From positions 85,887 to 149,886 of the IMG/VR virus record IMGVR_UViG_3300032270_000543: DNA of 64,000 nt; one strand, given 5' to 3'. Positions 43,849-54,211 of this stretch are shown here, piece by piece. The notes beneath the pieces were generated by a model. The model had not been told where the DNA came from. It worked only from the letters and a program-made list of their open reading frames with translations, and did not search any database. The stretch is from a virus (Duplodnaviria > Caudoviricetes). The number at the start of each line of letters is the position of its first letter. The stretch's first letter is position 1. A program made the translations under genes and the position numbers.

Positions 43849-43950
43849 GACCATATTTAGGTCATAGTCCGACAGCCCTCGCAAGCAATACTCCAACACA
43901 GAAAGAGATTGCGCCAAGCAGAACTCGTTGAGTTTGAGTTAGTTCGCATT

Positions 43951-44712
43951 TCATTGGCTTGCCTCCTGTATCCATTTGGTAAATGATTCAAGACGAGTCG
44001 CAGAGTTTTCATACAGATGCCCGTTGAATATTCCAAATGATGCCACTAGTCCAATCACATTGCCCCCATCATCAAGCACGGCACCTCCTGAATCACCAAA
44101 CCAAACCGTGCCGTCCAGTGGGAGGAACTTAAATACTGCGGGTTCCTCCACGATGGTTCCAAAATAATGGAACAGGTTGGGCACAGAACGGCGTTTAAAC
44201 CCGCCTCCGTAGCCGATCACGGTGAGAGGCTGCTGACGGTGGTACTCGTATCCCGACCTCACCAGAGGCAACGGCGGTGCCGCGCAGGGCGTTTCTAGAA
44301 CACCCACGCCCAAGTCCACCAAGATGGTGTCTCCTGTTTTGTAATATGGATGCAGGGTGCATTTTTTGATTCGATAACACGCTTCCTGAGTCACGAACCA
44401 CGCAGCAATCCCGCCTTCCATGCAGTGCCCTGCGCTAATTATTGTGGTGGGTGAAATCAGTACCGCGCTCCCAATCATTTCTCCGCTTTCGCGTTCCAAA
44501 TATCCCACAGCAGGATCGGTGTACTCGTCCAATAGCGAGAAGCCCCGCATGAAGAACGGAGTCTCCACGGGGGCTTCTCGTATTGGTTCAGACTCCCCGC
44601 ACTTCGGCGGGGGTGCGCTCTTCGGCGCGTTGGCAGTGATATCTGTCGCACAGGCTTGCAGCAAGACGAGTGCAAGAGCCAGCAGAAGAGAATGGACACC
44701 GTGTCTCTTCAT
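43951..44712 (-). CDS. trypsin-like serine protease, predicted lipoprotein
   Basis: SAGHC, VDL, GDSGG catalytic triad; lipobox LQAC. Confidence 0.88.
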   Translation of the reverse strand: MKRHGVHSLLLALALVLLQACATDITANAPKSAPPPKCGESEPIREAPVETPFFMRGFSLLDEYTDPAVGYLERESGEMIGSAVLISPTTIISAGHCMEGGIAAWFVTQEACYRIKKCTLHPYYKTGDTILVDLGVGVLETPCAAPPLPLVRSGYEYHRQQPLTVIGYGGGFKRRSVPNLFHYFGTIVEEPAVFKFLPLDGTVWFGDSGGAVLDDGGNVIGLVASFGIFNGHLYENSATRLESFTKWIQEASQ

Positions 44713-44759
44713 GTAAATATCTAGCCCACCCACCCACACAAAAATGTCTGGATTTGTAA

Positions 44760-44789
44760 AAAGAAACAGCCCCCATTTACGGGGGCTGT
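44760..44789 (-). terminator. intrinsic terminator after nrdJ
   Basis: CAGCCCCC...GGGGGCTG stem with T tail on the - strand. Confidence 0.7.
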
Positions 44790-44822
44790 CGGACGGGAGA
44801 TGCGATCTCCTGTGGGGTTACT

Positions 44823-46742
44823 TTATGTAGTCAGGTCAACCACTTCGCACTTGTCTCCGCTGCACGCAAAGGTCTGTGTGCCCTTCGTGCTGTCGGTCTT
44901 CTCGTATTGGGTGAGTTCGCTCCACTCAATACTCTTGGGCAGTGCCGCAGCAGCAGCCTCGTACTGCTCCGCTGTGCAGTCCTGATACGGAGCCTGTTGA
45001 TAGGTGTGATCGGAATGGGGCAGGAACGAAATGCCGCTGATCTCGTCAAAGTGCGCGTACACCCACGCACCCACTTCCATCCACTCATGCTCCTTTACGG
45101 TAACAGTAATGGACGGCTTGTGTTCGCACCAGTGCCGCTGATAGGTGAGCCACAGTTCAAGGTGTTCAATGGCAGTCATGTCGTTGCGCGTCACCGATCC
45201 CACAGCCTTCTGCGGGAACGAGAACACCATTGTGTGGTCGGGGCGCATGACACACGGTTCCGCAGGGAAGCCACAGTCAATCATAAACTGACACATGGGG
45301 TCTTTGCGGTCTGCACGAACAGTGCGGATGTAGTACTCGTTGTGACGAGCGTGGATGCCGCTAGCCGCATCGGTCAACTGCGATACCGTGCCGCTTGGCT
45401 TCACGCAAGTAATAGCCGCTGCGGGATTGATGCCAATCCGCTTTGCCCACTCCTTGTTCGTAGCCACCGCGTCAGCCTTGAGCAGTTCAAGCAGCACATT
45501 CAGATTGTCGCCCTGTGTCCGCATGAAGTGGTTGTCAAGAATGCCTGTGAGCGACACACCAAGCAAGCACTCTTCTTCGCAGTTCTTGCGCCACTCACTG
45601 CTGAGGTACGGGAAGTTCGTGAGAGAAGCCTGCCAAGTGCCAAGAATGGCTGCAAGTCGCACCTTGCGCTTCAGGGTATCAGGAGTGTCGTCTGCGCGAA
45701 CAATGACTTCGCTCAGATTGCAGAACTCCTTGTCGCGCAGAATGATCTCGGAGCAGGGGTTTGTGCCGAACTCATAAGATGCGTCACGGCGGTCGCCTAG
45801 TTTCTCCACGGTCTTCTGACACGCTTCGCGGTTGAACAGTCCACGCTCACCGCTCTTGGACTTGTACAGCGACACCCACTCCTCCATGAATGTGCCGATC
45901 TCGGGCTTCTCCTTGAATGCAACAGAGTTGTTGGCTAGTGCGCGTTGTGGATTTTCCAACCACCACTGCCCCACCTTAGCATCACGCATCCGCTCGTCCG
46001 TGAGATTGGAAAGCGAGATAAGAGCCGATCTACGCACTCCTCCGACAACGACAATCTCTGCAATCTTACAGATAATGTCGTGGCATTCAATAGAGGTGAG
46101 TTTGCGACCAGCACTCTTCTTAAAAGTACTGACGGTAAATCGGAACAGGTCTTCCAGTGGCTGCGGTCCACTTGCGCGTCCACCGAAAGTCTTGAGGCGC
46201 GCACCAAGAGGACGAATGTGAGACAGGTCCCATCGGGGGATTTGACCTCCAATAAGTAGGGATACCAGTTCTCGGTAGGCTTTTGCCCAACCTTCCTTGG
46301 AGTCCTTGACCACAATGAGCGTATCGCTGTTGGTAAACTCTTCAGCAATTGTAGGAAGTTTTTCAACATACTGGCGCTCCACGCTAAAGCCTACACCCGT
46401 TCCGCACATGAGAACATACAGGATCTCATCAAATGCGCGAACCTTGTTGACCGCAACATACGAGCAGTTGTAGCCTGCTGTGTTGTCCCGCTTGAGTGCT
46501 TCTCCTGCGGTCATTAGTGAGCGCATGGACGGCATGACTTCAAGATTCAGGACGGCTTCACGGAGTTCTTCGCGGACTGCCTTATTTATCTTCACGCCTT
46601 TGTCGGCAAAATGCTCATCAAAGAATCGGAAGTAACGGTCAACCGTTTCCTCCCAAGTCTCGCGCCGCATTTCAGAATCAAGCCAGCGCGAGTAACGGGA
46701 CAAGTGAATAAACTCTTGGTAGAGAGTGGGCAGTCGCTTCAT
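44823..46742 (-). CDS. nrdJ: class II (adenosylcobalamin-dependent) ribonucleotide reductase
   Basis: YNC, GTGVGFS, GGVRRSA, TNPCSEI, CNLSE, CVKPSGTVS, EHKPSIT, C-terminal CxxxxC; AAGGAG SD. Confidence 0.93.
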   Translation of the reverse strand: MKRLPTLYQEFIHLSRYSRWLDSEMRRETWEETVDRYFRFFDEHFADKGVKINKAVREELREAVLNLEVMPSMRSLMTAGEALKRDNTAGYNCSYVAVNKVRAFDEILYVLMCGTGVGFSVERQYVEKLPTIAEEFTNSDTLIVVKDSKEGWAKAYRELVSLLIGGQIPRWDLSHIRPLGARLKTFGGRASGPQPLEDLFRFTVSTFKKSAGRKLTSIECHDIICKIAEIVVVGGVRRSALISLSNLTDERMRDAKVGQWWLENPQRALANNSVAFKEKPEIGTFMEEWVSLYKSKSGERGLFNREACQKTVEKLGDRRDASYEFGTNPCSEIILRDKEFCNLSEVIVRADDTPDTLKRKVRLAAILGTWQASLTNFPYLSSEWRKNCEEECLLGVSLTGILDNHFMRTQGDNLNVLLELLKADAVATNKEWAKRIGINPAAAITCVKPSGTVSQLTDAASGIHARHNEYYIRTVRADRKDPMCQFMIDCGFPAEPCVMRPDHTMVFSFPQKAVGSVTRNDMTAIEHLELWLTYQRHWCEHKPSITVTVKEHEWMEVGAWVYAHFDEISGISFLPHSDHTYQQAPYQDCTAEQYEAAAAALPKSIEWSELTQYEKTDSTKGTQTFACSGDKCEVVDLTT

Positions 46743-46841
46743 GTGTAACTCCTTTTGTTGGGTAGAGTATGTAGAGTGCAGCATAGCATAAAGAGGGGCT
46801 TTCGCCCCTCTAAAGTATTGCCTTGAGTATTTGGTTTTTGA

Positions 46842-47057
46842 TCAGAACTCTACTGATTGAACTTCCACAAAATCATCGGGATACATCCATCCAATCCGCT
46901 TGGCATCATTCAATCCAAACACAAAACAGCGACCGTCACCGTTCGGGATCTCTCCAAAATAGATGAACCTGTCGCGGTCTTCTATTTGAAACAATATAGC
47001 CCGTTCGCTAGTGGGATCAGCAATTTTTACTACGGATAGTGGTCTTGGTGTTGGCAT
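46842..47057 (-). CDS. hypothetical protein
   Basis: tandem packing after the fibre cluster; hairpin terminator at ~46793-46811. Confidence 0.55.
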   Translation of the reverse strand: MPTPRPLSVVKIADPTSERAILFQIEDRDRFIYFGEIPNGDGRCFVFGLNDAKRIGWMYPDDFVEVQSVEF

Positions 47058-47059
47058 GG

Positions 47060-47911
47060 TTATGGTGCTATTAGAATTTCTCGGGAAACTGGTCTACGAA
47101 TCCTTGTACCTATGTAGTCCACATACAGGGATATTCCTGTGACAGTAGCGGTTACTGCTTTGGTGCAAATCGTTGTGCTTGCCAAATAATCGGTTAGCGC
47201 ACTTGGATAGTGTGTAACAGAACTAGGAGAAGCAGTGCCTTCGGTGTTTGCTCCTGTTGTCATGTTCTTGATCTTGTAGTTGGTTGTGTATGTGCCTGCG
47301 GAGTTTACTTCGGTTGCAAGATACATTCGATATGTGGTGGACGCAGAAAGAGTAACGCCTGTATCCACGCGAGTAGATCCTGATGAACTGATAATCACTA
47401 CTTTCCATGTGGTGTCTGTTATCGTTCCATTGCACAGAAACTCAAAGTACACACCACGGACAGGTGCTGTGTTGCTTATGCTGTCTTGAAATCCAAGTCT
47501 ATACGCTCCACGCACAGCGTTGGTGTGTACTGCTGCTAATGTCCGTATCCCTGCTTCGTATTCGTACTTTGTGATCAATCCTGATGTTGGAGCCGTGATG
47601 CCTGCTACAAGGTTGGTGGTTGTATAAACTACTCCATGTCCAGTTGCATTGTTGGTTGTGCCACAGTTCAATGAATTGACACCCGAACACCCAGTATATC
47701 CAAAAGCGTTCAGCATGATTGCTGTATTGTTTGTGACGGTTCCACCGTTTGCACCTGTTGCTTGGTAAATAGTACCATCAAGATAAAACGGATTGGTTGA
47801 TTGTGCTTGCGTACAATCAGTAAAAAACATAGTGTCTAGTTGAGTTAGACTTTCTGTCGTTTCTACTCCGACAAGGGCTTGATCGTTGGTTGCGTCTATA
47901 CCGTATGACAT
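47060..47911 (-). CDS. tail-fibre tip / receptor-binding paralog 3
   Basis: shares KYE.E..IRT, EVNSAGTYTT.YKI and DY...RIR.P..REIL with the two upstream paralogs. Confidence 0.75.
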   Translation of the reverse strand: MSYGIDATNDQALVGVETTESLTQLDTMFFTDCTQAQSTNPFYLDGTIYQATGANGGTVTNNTAIMLNAFGYTGCSGVNSLNCGTTNNATGHGVVYTTTNLVAGITAPTSGLITKYEYEAGIRTLAAVHTNAVRGAYRLGFQDSISNTAPVRGVYFEFLCNGTITDTTWKVVIISSSGSTRVDTGVTLSASTTYRMYLATEVNSAGTYTTNYKIKNMTTGANTEGTASPSSVTHYPSALTDYLASTTICTKAVTATVTGISLYVDYIGTRIRRPVSREILIAP

Positions 47912-48810
47912 CAGATTGATCCTATGAGAATTTCACGGGTGATGGGTCTGCGAATTCGCACACCCATATAGTCGATATACAGAGCAACCGTGGTAGTTGT
48001 GGTCGTTTCCCCCAAACCAGCCTTGCAGTTTACAACGGCTGCGCCCATTGCGTATGTTGTCCAACCTTCACCTGTGTTGTGTGAGGATGCACTGGGAGAT
48101 GCGGTTCCTTCGGTTTTGGTTCCTGTGTTTTCGTTCAGTATCTTGTAGGTGGTAGTGTATGTGCCTGCGGAATTTACTTCGGTTGACAGATACATTCGAT
48201 ATGTGGTGGACGCAGAAACAGCAACACCTGTATCAAAGGTAGAGTTCAGTCCCGAAAGTGGATTGATCCAATAGATCATCCAGTTGGTGTCTGTCACGCT
48301 TGCATTACACATGAACCTGAAGTGTGGTCCCGCAGATGCGAAATTACCCGCAGTATTCATACCACCTGAATCCATGAATCCTGCACGGAATGCACCACGC
48401 ACCGTATTAGAGTGAATAGTTGCAGTAGTGCGAATGCGAGTTTCAAACTCGTACTTTGTCACAAGTCCCGATGCGGGAACAGGTATACCAGGCAGAAGAT
48501 TTGTCTGCGTATTGATTGATCCAATATCCGTGGCATTGTTGAGTGATGAGGTTGTAATGCTGATTGCACTTGCAGGACCAGTCAGTCCGCCAAATCCTGC
48601 GGTTGAAGTGGAGTTGGATGCTCCAAGCGAAGCAGATAGAGCAGCAACACCAAAGCCTACACCTTCAGTTCCCACAGTTGAGGAATTGACTGAAAATGTC
48701 TGGTAGTTGTTGAAATCAGAAAACTGAACCACATCCAATTGTGTGACTGGTCTTATCTGCGATGTTGCAAACAGAGTTGGATCGTTGATGTTGAGTACGC
48801 CGTGTGCCAT
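47911..48810 (-). CDS. tail-fibre tip / receptor-binding paralog 2
   Basis: same motifs; TGATG coupling. Confidence 0.75.
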   Translation of the reverse strand: MAHGVLNINDPTLFATSQIRPVTQLDVVQFSDFNNYQTFSVNSSTVGTEGVGFGVAALSASLGASNSTSTAGFGGLTGPASAISITTSSLNNATDIGSINTQTNLLPGIPVPASGLVTKYEFETRIRTTATIHSNTVRGAFRAGFMDSGGMNTAGNFASAGPHFRFMCNASVTDTNWMIYWINPLSGLNSTFDTGVAVSASTTYRMYLSTEVNSAGTYTTTYKILNENTGTKTEGTASPSASSHNTGEGWTTYAMGAAVVNCKAGLGETTTTTTVALYIDYMGVRIRRPITREILIGSI

Positions 48811-49691
48811 CAGAATGTTCCCAAAAGAATTTCACGGGAGATGGGTTTGCGAATGCGAACAGCAAAATAATCAACCCACATAAGGATTGGGGTTGTATAG
48901 GAGGTTCCCCCTCGCTTTGACATCATCAACATGGGAGCAATACCTGTAGTTCCATCACTTGGATTTCGGTTTGCTGTTGCAGGAGAAGCAGTGCCTTCGG
49001 TGTTTGCTCCTGTTGTCATGTTCTTGATCTTGTAGGTTGTCGTGAATGTGCCTGCTGTATTCACTTCAGAACTCAAATAGAGGCGATACACAGTATTTGC
49101 TGAAAAGGTGACACCTGTGTTTGATCGCTGCTTTGTATTGCCTGATGTTTTCCACGCTACTTGGAATGTAGTGTCGTTTGTTGTTCCATCTGTAAGGTAC
49201 TCTAGCCATACACCATTTGACGGATCAACAAAACTGATATTATCGGCGAACCCAAATATAACAGTTCCGCCAAGGGTTACTCCATTGTTGAAGATTGTGG
49301 AGTCTGTACGGATCATGGTTTCTATTTCGTACTTGCTGACCAAAGAAGATGATGATGGAGTTTGTAGTCCCCCAAGCAGATTGGCTGAACTTACACTGCT
49401 GAATCCCGTTGCTACTCCAGCATACCCAGTGATATTGCTAGTTGAACCCGTTGACATCTGAACCGTACCCGAGCAAGCAGTTATGCCAAATCCCGTAAGA
49501 CCATTTGTTGGGTTGGTAGTTGTTGCTGCACCATTTGCCGTAAAAAAAGTCATTACCCCACCTTCTCTGTATGTGATTGAGGCGTTTTCGTGGAAATCGC
49601 TGAAGTAGAAAGTGTCGTACTGATTCTTGTTCTGTGGACGAGACACAGGCTTCAAACTCTGTTGGTTTGGACTTTGTACTCCGTATGCCAT
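48810..49691 (-). CDS. tail-fibre tip / receptor-binding paralog 1
   Basis: same motifs; GGAGG SD. Confidence 0.75.
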   Translation of the reverse strand: MAYGVQSPNQQSLKPVSRPQNKNQYDTFYFSDFHENASITYREGGVMTFFTANGAATTTNPTNGLTGFGITACSGTVQMSTGSTSNITGYAGVATGFSSVSSANLLGGLQTPSSSSLVSKYEIETMIRTDSTIFNNGVTLGGTVIFGFADNISFVDPSNGVWLEYLTDGTTNDTTFQVAWKTSGNTKQRSNTGVTFSANTVYRLYLSSEVNTAGTFTTTYKIKNMTTGANTEGTASPATANRNPSDGTTGIAPMLMMSKRGGTSYTTPILMWVDYFAVRIRKPISREILLGTF

Positions 49692-49703
49692 GCGAACCTC
49701 CGA

Positions 49704-52700
49704 TTACAGGATGTGCCAGTTGGCGTTGTCACTGATGAAGTCTACTGCCTGATACTGTTTGTTCAGGTTGTACGCGGTAACGCCGTCCATTGTCTGCGAT
49801 GATGTGGTCAGTATCGTAATGGTTCCTGTGCTGCTCTGCTTGACGGTGTAGCGATTGGTGTTTGACACCGCAGTAGGCAGGGTAATGTTGATGTTGCCGC
49901 TTGTGGTTCCGATGTACACATAGTCGGTGGACGCAGCCGAACCCGCGCTGGCAGAAACACCAGTGGTTACGATGGTGCGGGTGAAACCGCCGCCAGTGGT
50001 GGACAGAGTAATGGTTCCACCAGAAGCAGTGAAGGTGATTCCTGATCCCGCAGCAAAAGTGATTCCTGCCGTGAATCCGTTTACGCGGCTGACACCCTGC
50101 ACCTCACCAGTGGAGCCGTTGAAAGACTGTACGCCTGTGTTGGTGATGGTCACGGAACCTGTTGCACCGCTCACGGAGATGCCTGTTCCTGCCACCGCTG
50201 CGGATACACCTTGAACAGCACCTGTGCGTCCGTTGAAGGTTCGCACCAAAGCACTGTCTGCACCAATACCAATCAGACTCATATTGGCAAAATCAGTTTG
50301 TCCGTTACCTATGGTTACATAGTATCCGCCACTTTGGGCACTGTAGTCTCCAAGTTTAACATCAACAGCATCCACAAAAACCGAACCGAGTGCGCTATCC
50401 GATACACTGACAGTTCCTCCCCCACCATCAATCACAACACCTGCACCATTACCACCAATGCTGTCAACATTCAACGAGGAGCCAGTATAGGCTGTGGTGT
50501 TTGATCCAATTGTTCCACTCGCAGCGATATTCGATACAGTGAGTGTGGATGTGGACGGTTGATACGACAGCGGACCAGTGACATCATCCACGAATAGACT
50601 TGCGCCGTTGGCACACGCACCCGTCACGAATGTCAAGTAGCGGGTTGCGTTGATATTGGAAGATGTGGTTACGGCATAGGTTGCGGTCGCACCACTGCTT
50701 ACTGCTGCTGCGCTGATCGTGAAGGTGTTTCCACTCTGCGTGATGGTGATGTTGCTGCCCGCAGTGATGCCCACCGTGCCTGTGAGTCCACCGAAAGACC
50801 GCACACCTGTATTTGTAATGGTGACCGTACCAGTCGATCCGCTGACAGAGATACCTGTGCCAGCCACAGCAGCACAAACACCCGTGACCGCACCCGTGAC
50901 ACCGTTGAACGATGCTACTGCTGTCACCGCGCCTGTGAGTCCGTTCACCCGTGTCACACCAATGTGCTGTAGTGGAGTGTTCAACCACTGGCTTGTAGCA
51001 GTATCGTAGATGAGTACATCATCGTCCTGCACCGATGTAATGGTGACATCGTTCAGCGAGTCCAAGTTCGTGGCAATGGTTCCGCCGCCGCTTGTGGTGG
51101 AGCGGAACTGCCCCGACTGAATAATGCGTGCATCATCCGCAGCAATGGCTGTGGTGAGATTCGTTGTGCCCTTCTTTACAAGCAGGTAGCCCGCAAACAC
51201 TGCATTGGTTGCGGTGTTCGTGATTTCCGTGAAGTCTTCAAAGGTGACATTGTTGGCTGCTTCGGAAATGCTGGCGTAGGACGCGTGTCCGTAGTACACG
51301 CCAAGCACCGAGGGTGTGCCTGGGAAGAAGAACAGCCGCTGAATGGTGAACGGCTTGTTTGAGGGTACGATATTCAGGGTTCCCGTGCCGTCATCGTAGT
51401 TCTCGGGATCAATAGCAGTCTGATTCAGCACCGTGACAAACGAGCCTGCGGTTGCACCACGGTAGTATCGCCAGAAAGTGCAGTCTGTCTGCGCGTTGTC
51501 CGACACCACGCTTGGATTGTTGGGATCGTTGGGGTAGTTGCGCCCCAAGATGAACGCTGTTCCGCTTGTGCGGTTCAGTTTCAGATTTGCGCCGTTGGCT
51601 TGAATCGTGTGACCGCTCACCTTGAGCGGACCAAACGCACGGATAAACTGCTCGTACTGCTTGTCTGTGGCATACGACACATTGGGAATGGTCTTGGCAA
51701 GCGAAATGTACGCACGGCTTGGGTGTACAAGTGCGCCAACCGCAATGGTGTTGTTTACCTGATCGTCCGTGAAGAATGCCGCTTGCTGCTGCAAGTTGCC
51801 GCTGCTGTCAAAGTAGATCCATGTGGTGTCTTGTGCCGTGAGTCCCGAAAGAGTCACACCTGTTTTGGCAGTCCATGTGACACGGGTAATCACGGGGGTT
51901 GGATCTGCGGTAAAGGTGGCTCCCGTGGCGACAATGTAGCCTGCGCCTGCGGTGACATCAAACGCAGCACTGTTGCCTGCGTTGATGGTGACTAGTCCAC
52001 CGTACAGCAGACCCGTGGACAGGCTTGAAGCGTAAATGGCTGCGGTGACACCGTACAGTTGACCTGCGTCCAATCCCGAGGTGGGTCCGTCATTCAGCGA
52101 GTGCCACACCTTGCCGCCGTCAAGGGTCATGCCGCCTGAAGCAGAAATGCCGCCGCTTGCAGTGAGTCGGCGGGTGAAGGTAGCCGTTGCGCCTGTGACT
52201 GCACCGTTGAAGGTAATGCCGCCGTCAGCGCACAGCCCTGCGGTAAGGGTTTGCAGACCCGTGAAGGTGTTTGCGCCAAGCGATGCACCTGTGACCGCAC
52301 CAGTGGCTCCGTTGAACGAAGACACCACATTCTTGGTGAGGGCAATTGTTCCTGTATCGTCAGGCACATACAGGAATCGGTCTGCTGTCAAATATGTCTG
52401 TGGAGTAATTGTGGAGGAACCCGACAGTGTATCGGTATCGTCTGATTTTATTTTCAGACCGCCGATGTATGGACCAAGAACAGTTTCTTGCCCCTTTTGT
52501 ATATCCACAATACCTGTTGCGGAATTCAGGGAAAGATTGGTGGTTACCTGTCCCGAAAGAACTATGCTGTTTGATGCAACAGGAGAAGCACCCGTGCTGA
52601 TTCCCTTGATGGTAAGCGAAGCACCCTTGCCTGTGATGCTGCGTGTACCGCTCAGGTTTATGTTTCCTGCTGCTGTCAACCCACTGTTGAAGTTGTTGCT

Positions 52701-53585
52701 GCCACCAAAGTCGGTGCGGTTTTGGAATGTGGTTCCCGAGTATACATTCAGGGTATCCGTGTTTCCATCACCAAATTGAGCGTCATTGACCGCTTTGAAG
52801 GTTCCAACCACATCCACGCGACCTGAGAAGGTTGCGCCACCGTTTACTTGCAGAGTTGATCCAAAGGTGGAACCCGTGGAGGCGTACAGATACGAAGTGG
52901 TGAGTCCTGCGGTGAGTGTCTGTGTGCCTGTAAAGGTGTTTGCGCCAAGCGATGCACCAGTAACTGCTCCTATTGCTCCGTTGAATGATGTCACAACGGA
53001 TGCAGCAGTCTGACCAGGCAGTTTCAAATACGATGTGGCTTCAATTACTGGCGCAAGAACCGAGTGAGAAGCAATGATTCCGCCTGTGCCTTGGTGTGAG
53101 AACGCATAAATTCCTGTATTGGCAACGATGTTTCCCGCATTATTGTCAACAGCAAAATATGTTCCTGTTGTACCAAAGCGTTCACCAATGGACACATATC
53201 TGCCAGCAAGAGTTATTCCTGCCGAATAGTCTACTGCAAATATGCCACCCGAAATACCCAAGCCACCAGAAGTGATGTCTTGTCTTCCCGTGAAGGTGTT
53301 GGCACCAAGCGATGCACCCGTGACCGCACCAGTGGCTCCGTTGAACGAAGTCACGAAGTTGTTGCGGACATAGTTGTATACACCGCTCTGCGTGGGAACA
53401 CGGGTGGCTGAAACAGCCGAACCTGCGCCCATGTCCACGCCAGCAGTGACCTCGCCACCCACCCAAACCGTACCGCCAGTGCCACCAATGTAGATTTGGT
53501 TGGTGTTGGTATTGACAGCCTTCTCACCAACCGTGAGTCCCGATGGGGTGGTAGTACCGCGCTTGATTTGAATCTGTGTTGCCAA
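49704..53585 (-). CDS. long tail-fibre protein
   Basis: N-terminus IQIKRG...L..GE; repeated SFNGxTGAVTG(ASLGANTFTG) units; CTAAATA at 53611-53605; TTG start with AGGAG SD. Confidence 0.88.
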   Translation of the reverse strand: MATQIQIKRGTTTPSGLTVGEKAVNTNTNQIYIGGTGGTVWVGGEVTAGVDMGAGSAVSATRVPTQSGVYNYVRNNFVTSFNGATGAVTGASLGANTFTGRQDITSGGLGISGGIFAVDYSAGITLAGRYVSIGERFGTTGTYFAVDNNAGNIVANTGIYAFSHQGTGGIIASHSVLAPVIEATSYLKLPGQTAASVVTSFNGAIGAVTGASLGANTFTGTQTLTAGLTTSYLYASTGSTFGSTLQVNGGATFSGRVDVVGTFKAVNDAQFGDGNTDTLNVYSGTTFQNRTDFGGSNNFNSGLTAAGNINLSGTRSITGKGASLTIKGISTGASPVASNSIVLSGQVTTNLSLNSATGIVDIQKGQETVLGPYIGGLKIKSDDTDTLSGSSTITPQTYLTADRFLYVPDDTGTIALTKNVVSSFNGATGAVTGASLGANTFTGLQTLTAGLCADGGITFNGAVTGATATFTRRLTASGGISASGGMTLDGGKVWHSLNDGPTSGLDAGQLYGVTAAIYASSLSTGLLYGGLVTINAGNSAAFDVTAGAGYIVATGATFTADPTPVITRVTWTAKTGVTLSGLTAQDTTWIYFDSSGNLQQQAAFFTDDQVNNTIAVGALVHPSRAYISLAKTIPNVSYATDKQYEQFIRAFGPLKVSGHTIQANGANLKLNRTSGTAFILGRNYPNDPNNPSVVSDNAQTDCTFWRYYRGATAGSFVTVLNQTAIDPENYDDGTGTLNIVPSNKPFTIQRLFFFPGTPSVLGVYYGHASYASISEAANNVTFEDFTEITNTATNAVFAGYLLVKKGTTNLTTAIAADDARIIQSGQFRSTTSGGGTIATNLDSLNDVTITSVQDDDVLIYDTATSQWLNTPLQHIGVTRVNGLTGAVTAVASFNGVTGAVTGVCAAVAGTGISVSGSTGTVTITNTGVRSFGGLTGTVGITAGSNITITQSGNTFTISAAAVSSGATATYAVTTSSNINATRYLTFVTGACANGASLFVDDVTGPLSYQPSTSTLTVSNIAASGTIGSNTTAYTGSSLNVDSIGGNGAGVVIDGGGGTVSVSDSALGSVFVDAVDVKLGDYSAQSGGYYVTIGNGQTDFANMSLIGIGADSALVRTFNGRTGAVQGVSAAVAGTGISVSGATGSVTITNTGVQSFNGSTGEVQGVSRVNGFTAGITFAAGSGITFTASGGTITLSTTGGGFTRTIVTTGVSASAGSAASTDYVYIGTTSGNINITLPTAVSNTNRYTVKQSSTGTITILTTSSQTMDGVTAYNLNKQYQAVDFISDNANWHIL

Positions 53586-53607
53586 AGGTGTAGTCTCCTA
53601 CCGCTAT

Positions 53608-54126
53608 TTAGTAGGTGTCGCCACCCATGACGGCGGCTTCCTTCTTGCCTTTGCGCTTGGATGCAGGCTTTTCAGATTCAGCAACAGGTGCCGAAACAGG
53701 TACAAACACTGCAAGTTCCTTTTCAAGAGCAGCAATTTTTGCGTTGGCTGCCTCAAGTTGCGAGTACAGACCCTGAATCTGTGCCTTCAGATTTCCTGTC
53801 TGTACATTCAACTCGTTCTGCCAGTTCTGTGCAATAGTGTGCTTGCTTGCTTCTGCTGTTTCGTGCAGTTGTTTCTTCTCTTGTTCACACGCATTACGGA
53901 TGATCTGCGTTTGTTCCTGTAGAGCCTCCGTGAAACGAGCCTTTTCGCTTTCAGCGGCTTCAACAACACGAACCTTCTCTGCTTCAAGAGCGTCTTGCAG
54001 TTCCTTTTTCTCTTCTTCTGCGTACAGCAGTTTGGCTTCAGTCAAAATATTGGCTGTCGTGAGTTCAGTCACGCGCTTGTTCAACAGGGGAATCAGAATG
54101 GTTTCGTTGGGGTTTTTGCCTTCCAT
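53608..54126 (-). CDS. coiled-coil protein in the fibre cluster (chaperone/connector candidate)
   Basis: heptad repeats; AAGGAG SD. Confidence 0.7.
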   Translation of the reverse strand: MEGKNPNETILIPLLNKRVTELTTANILTEAKLLYAEEEKKELQDALEAEKVRVVEAAESEKARFTEALQEQTQIIRNACEQEKKQLHETAEASKHTIAQNWQNELNVQTGNLKAQIQGLYSQLEAANAKIAALEKELAVFVPVSAPVAESEKPASKRKGKKEAAVMGGDTY

Positions 54127-54211
54127 AGTGTATCTCCTTTCAAGAGGCTATAGTATGTATGTGAACAGGGGAGCCTTTCGGCTCCCCCTTTTGTCCACCG
54201 TATTATTTGGA

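Noticed and set aside
47060-49691. Diversity-generating retroelement TR/VR
   Set aside because: No reverse transcriptase is in the window, the shared tracts lie inside three intact genes, and there is no non-coding template copy.
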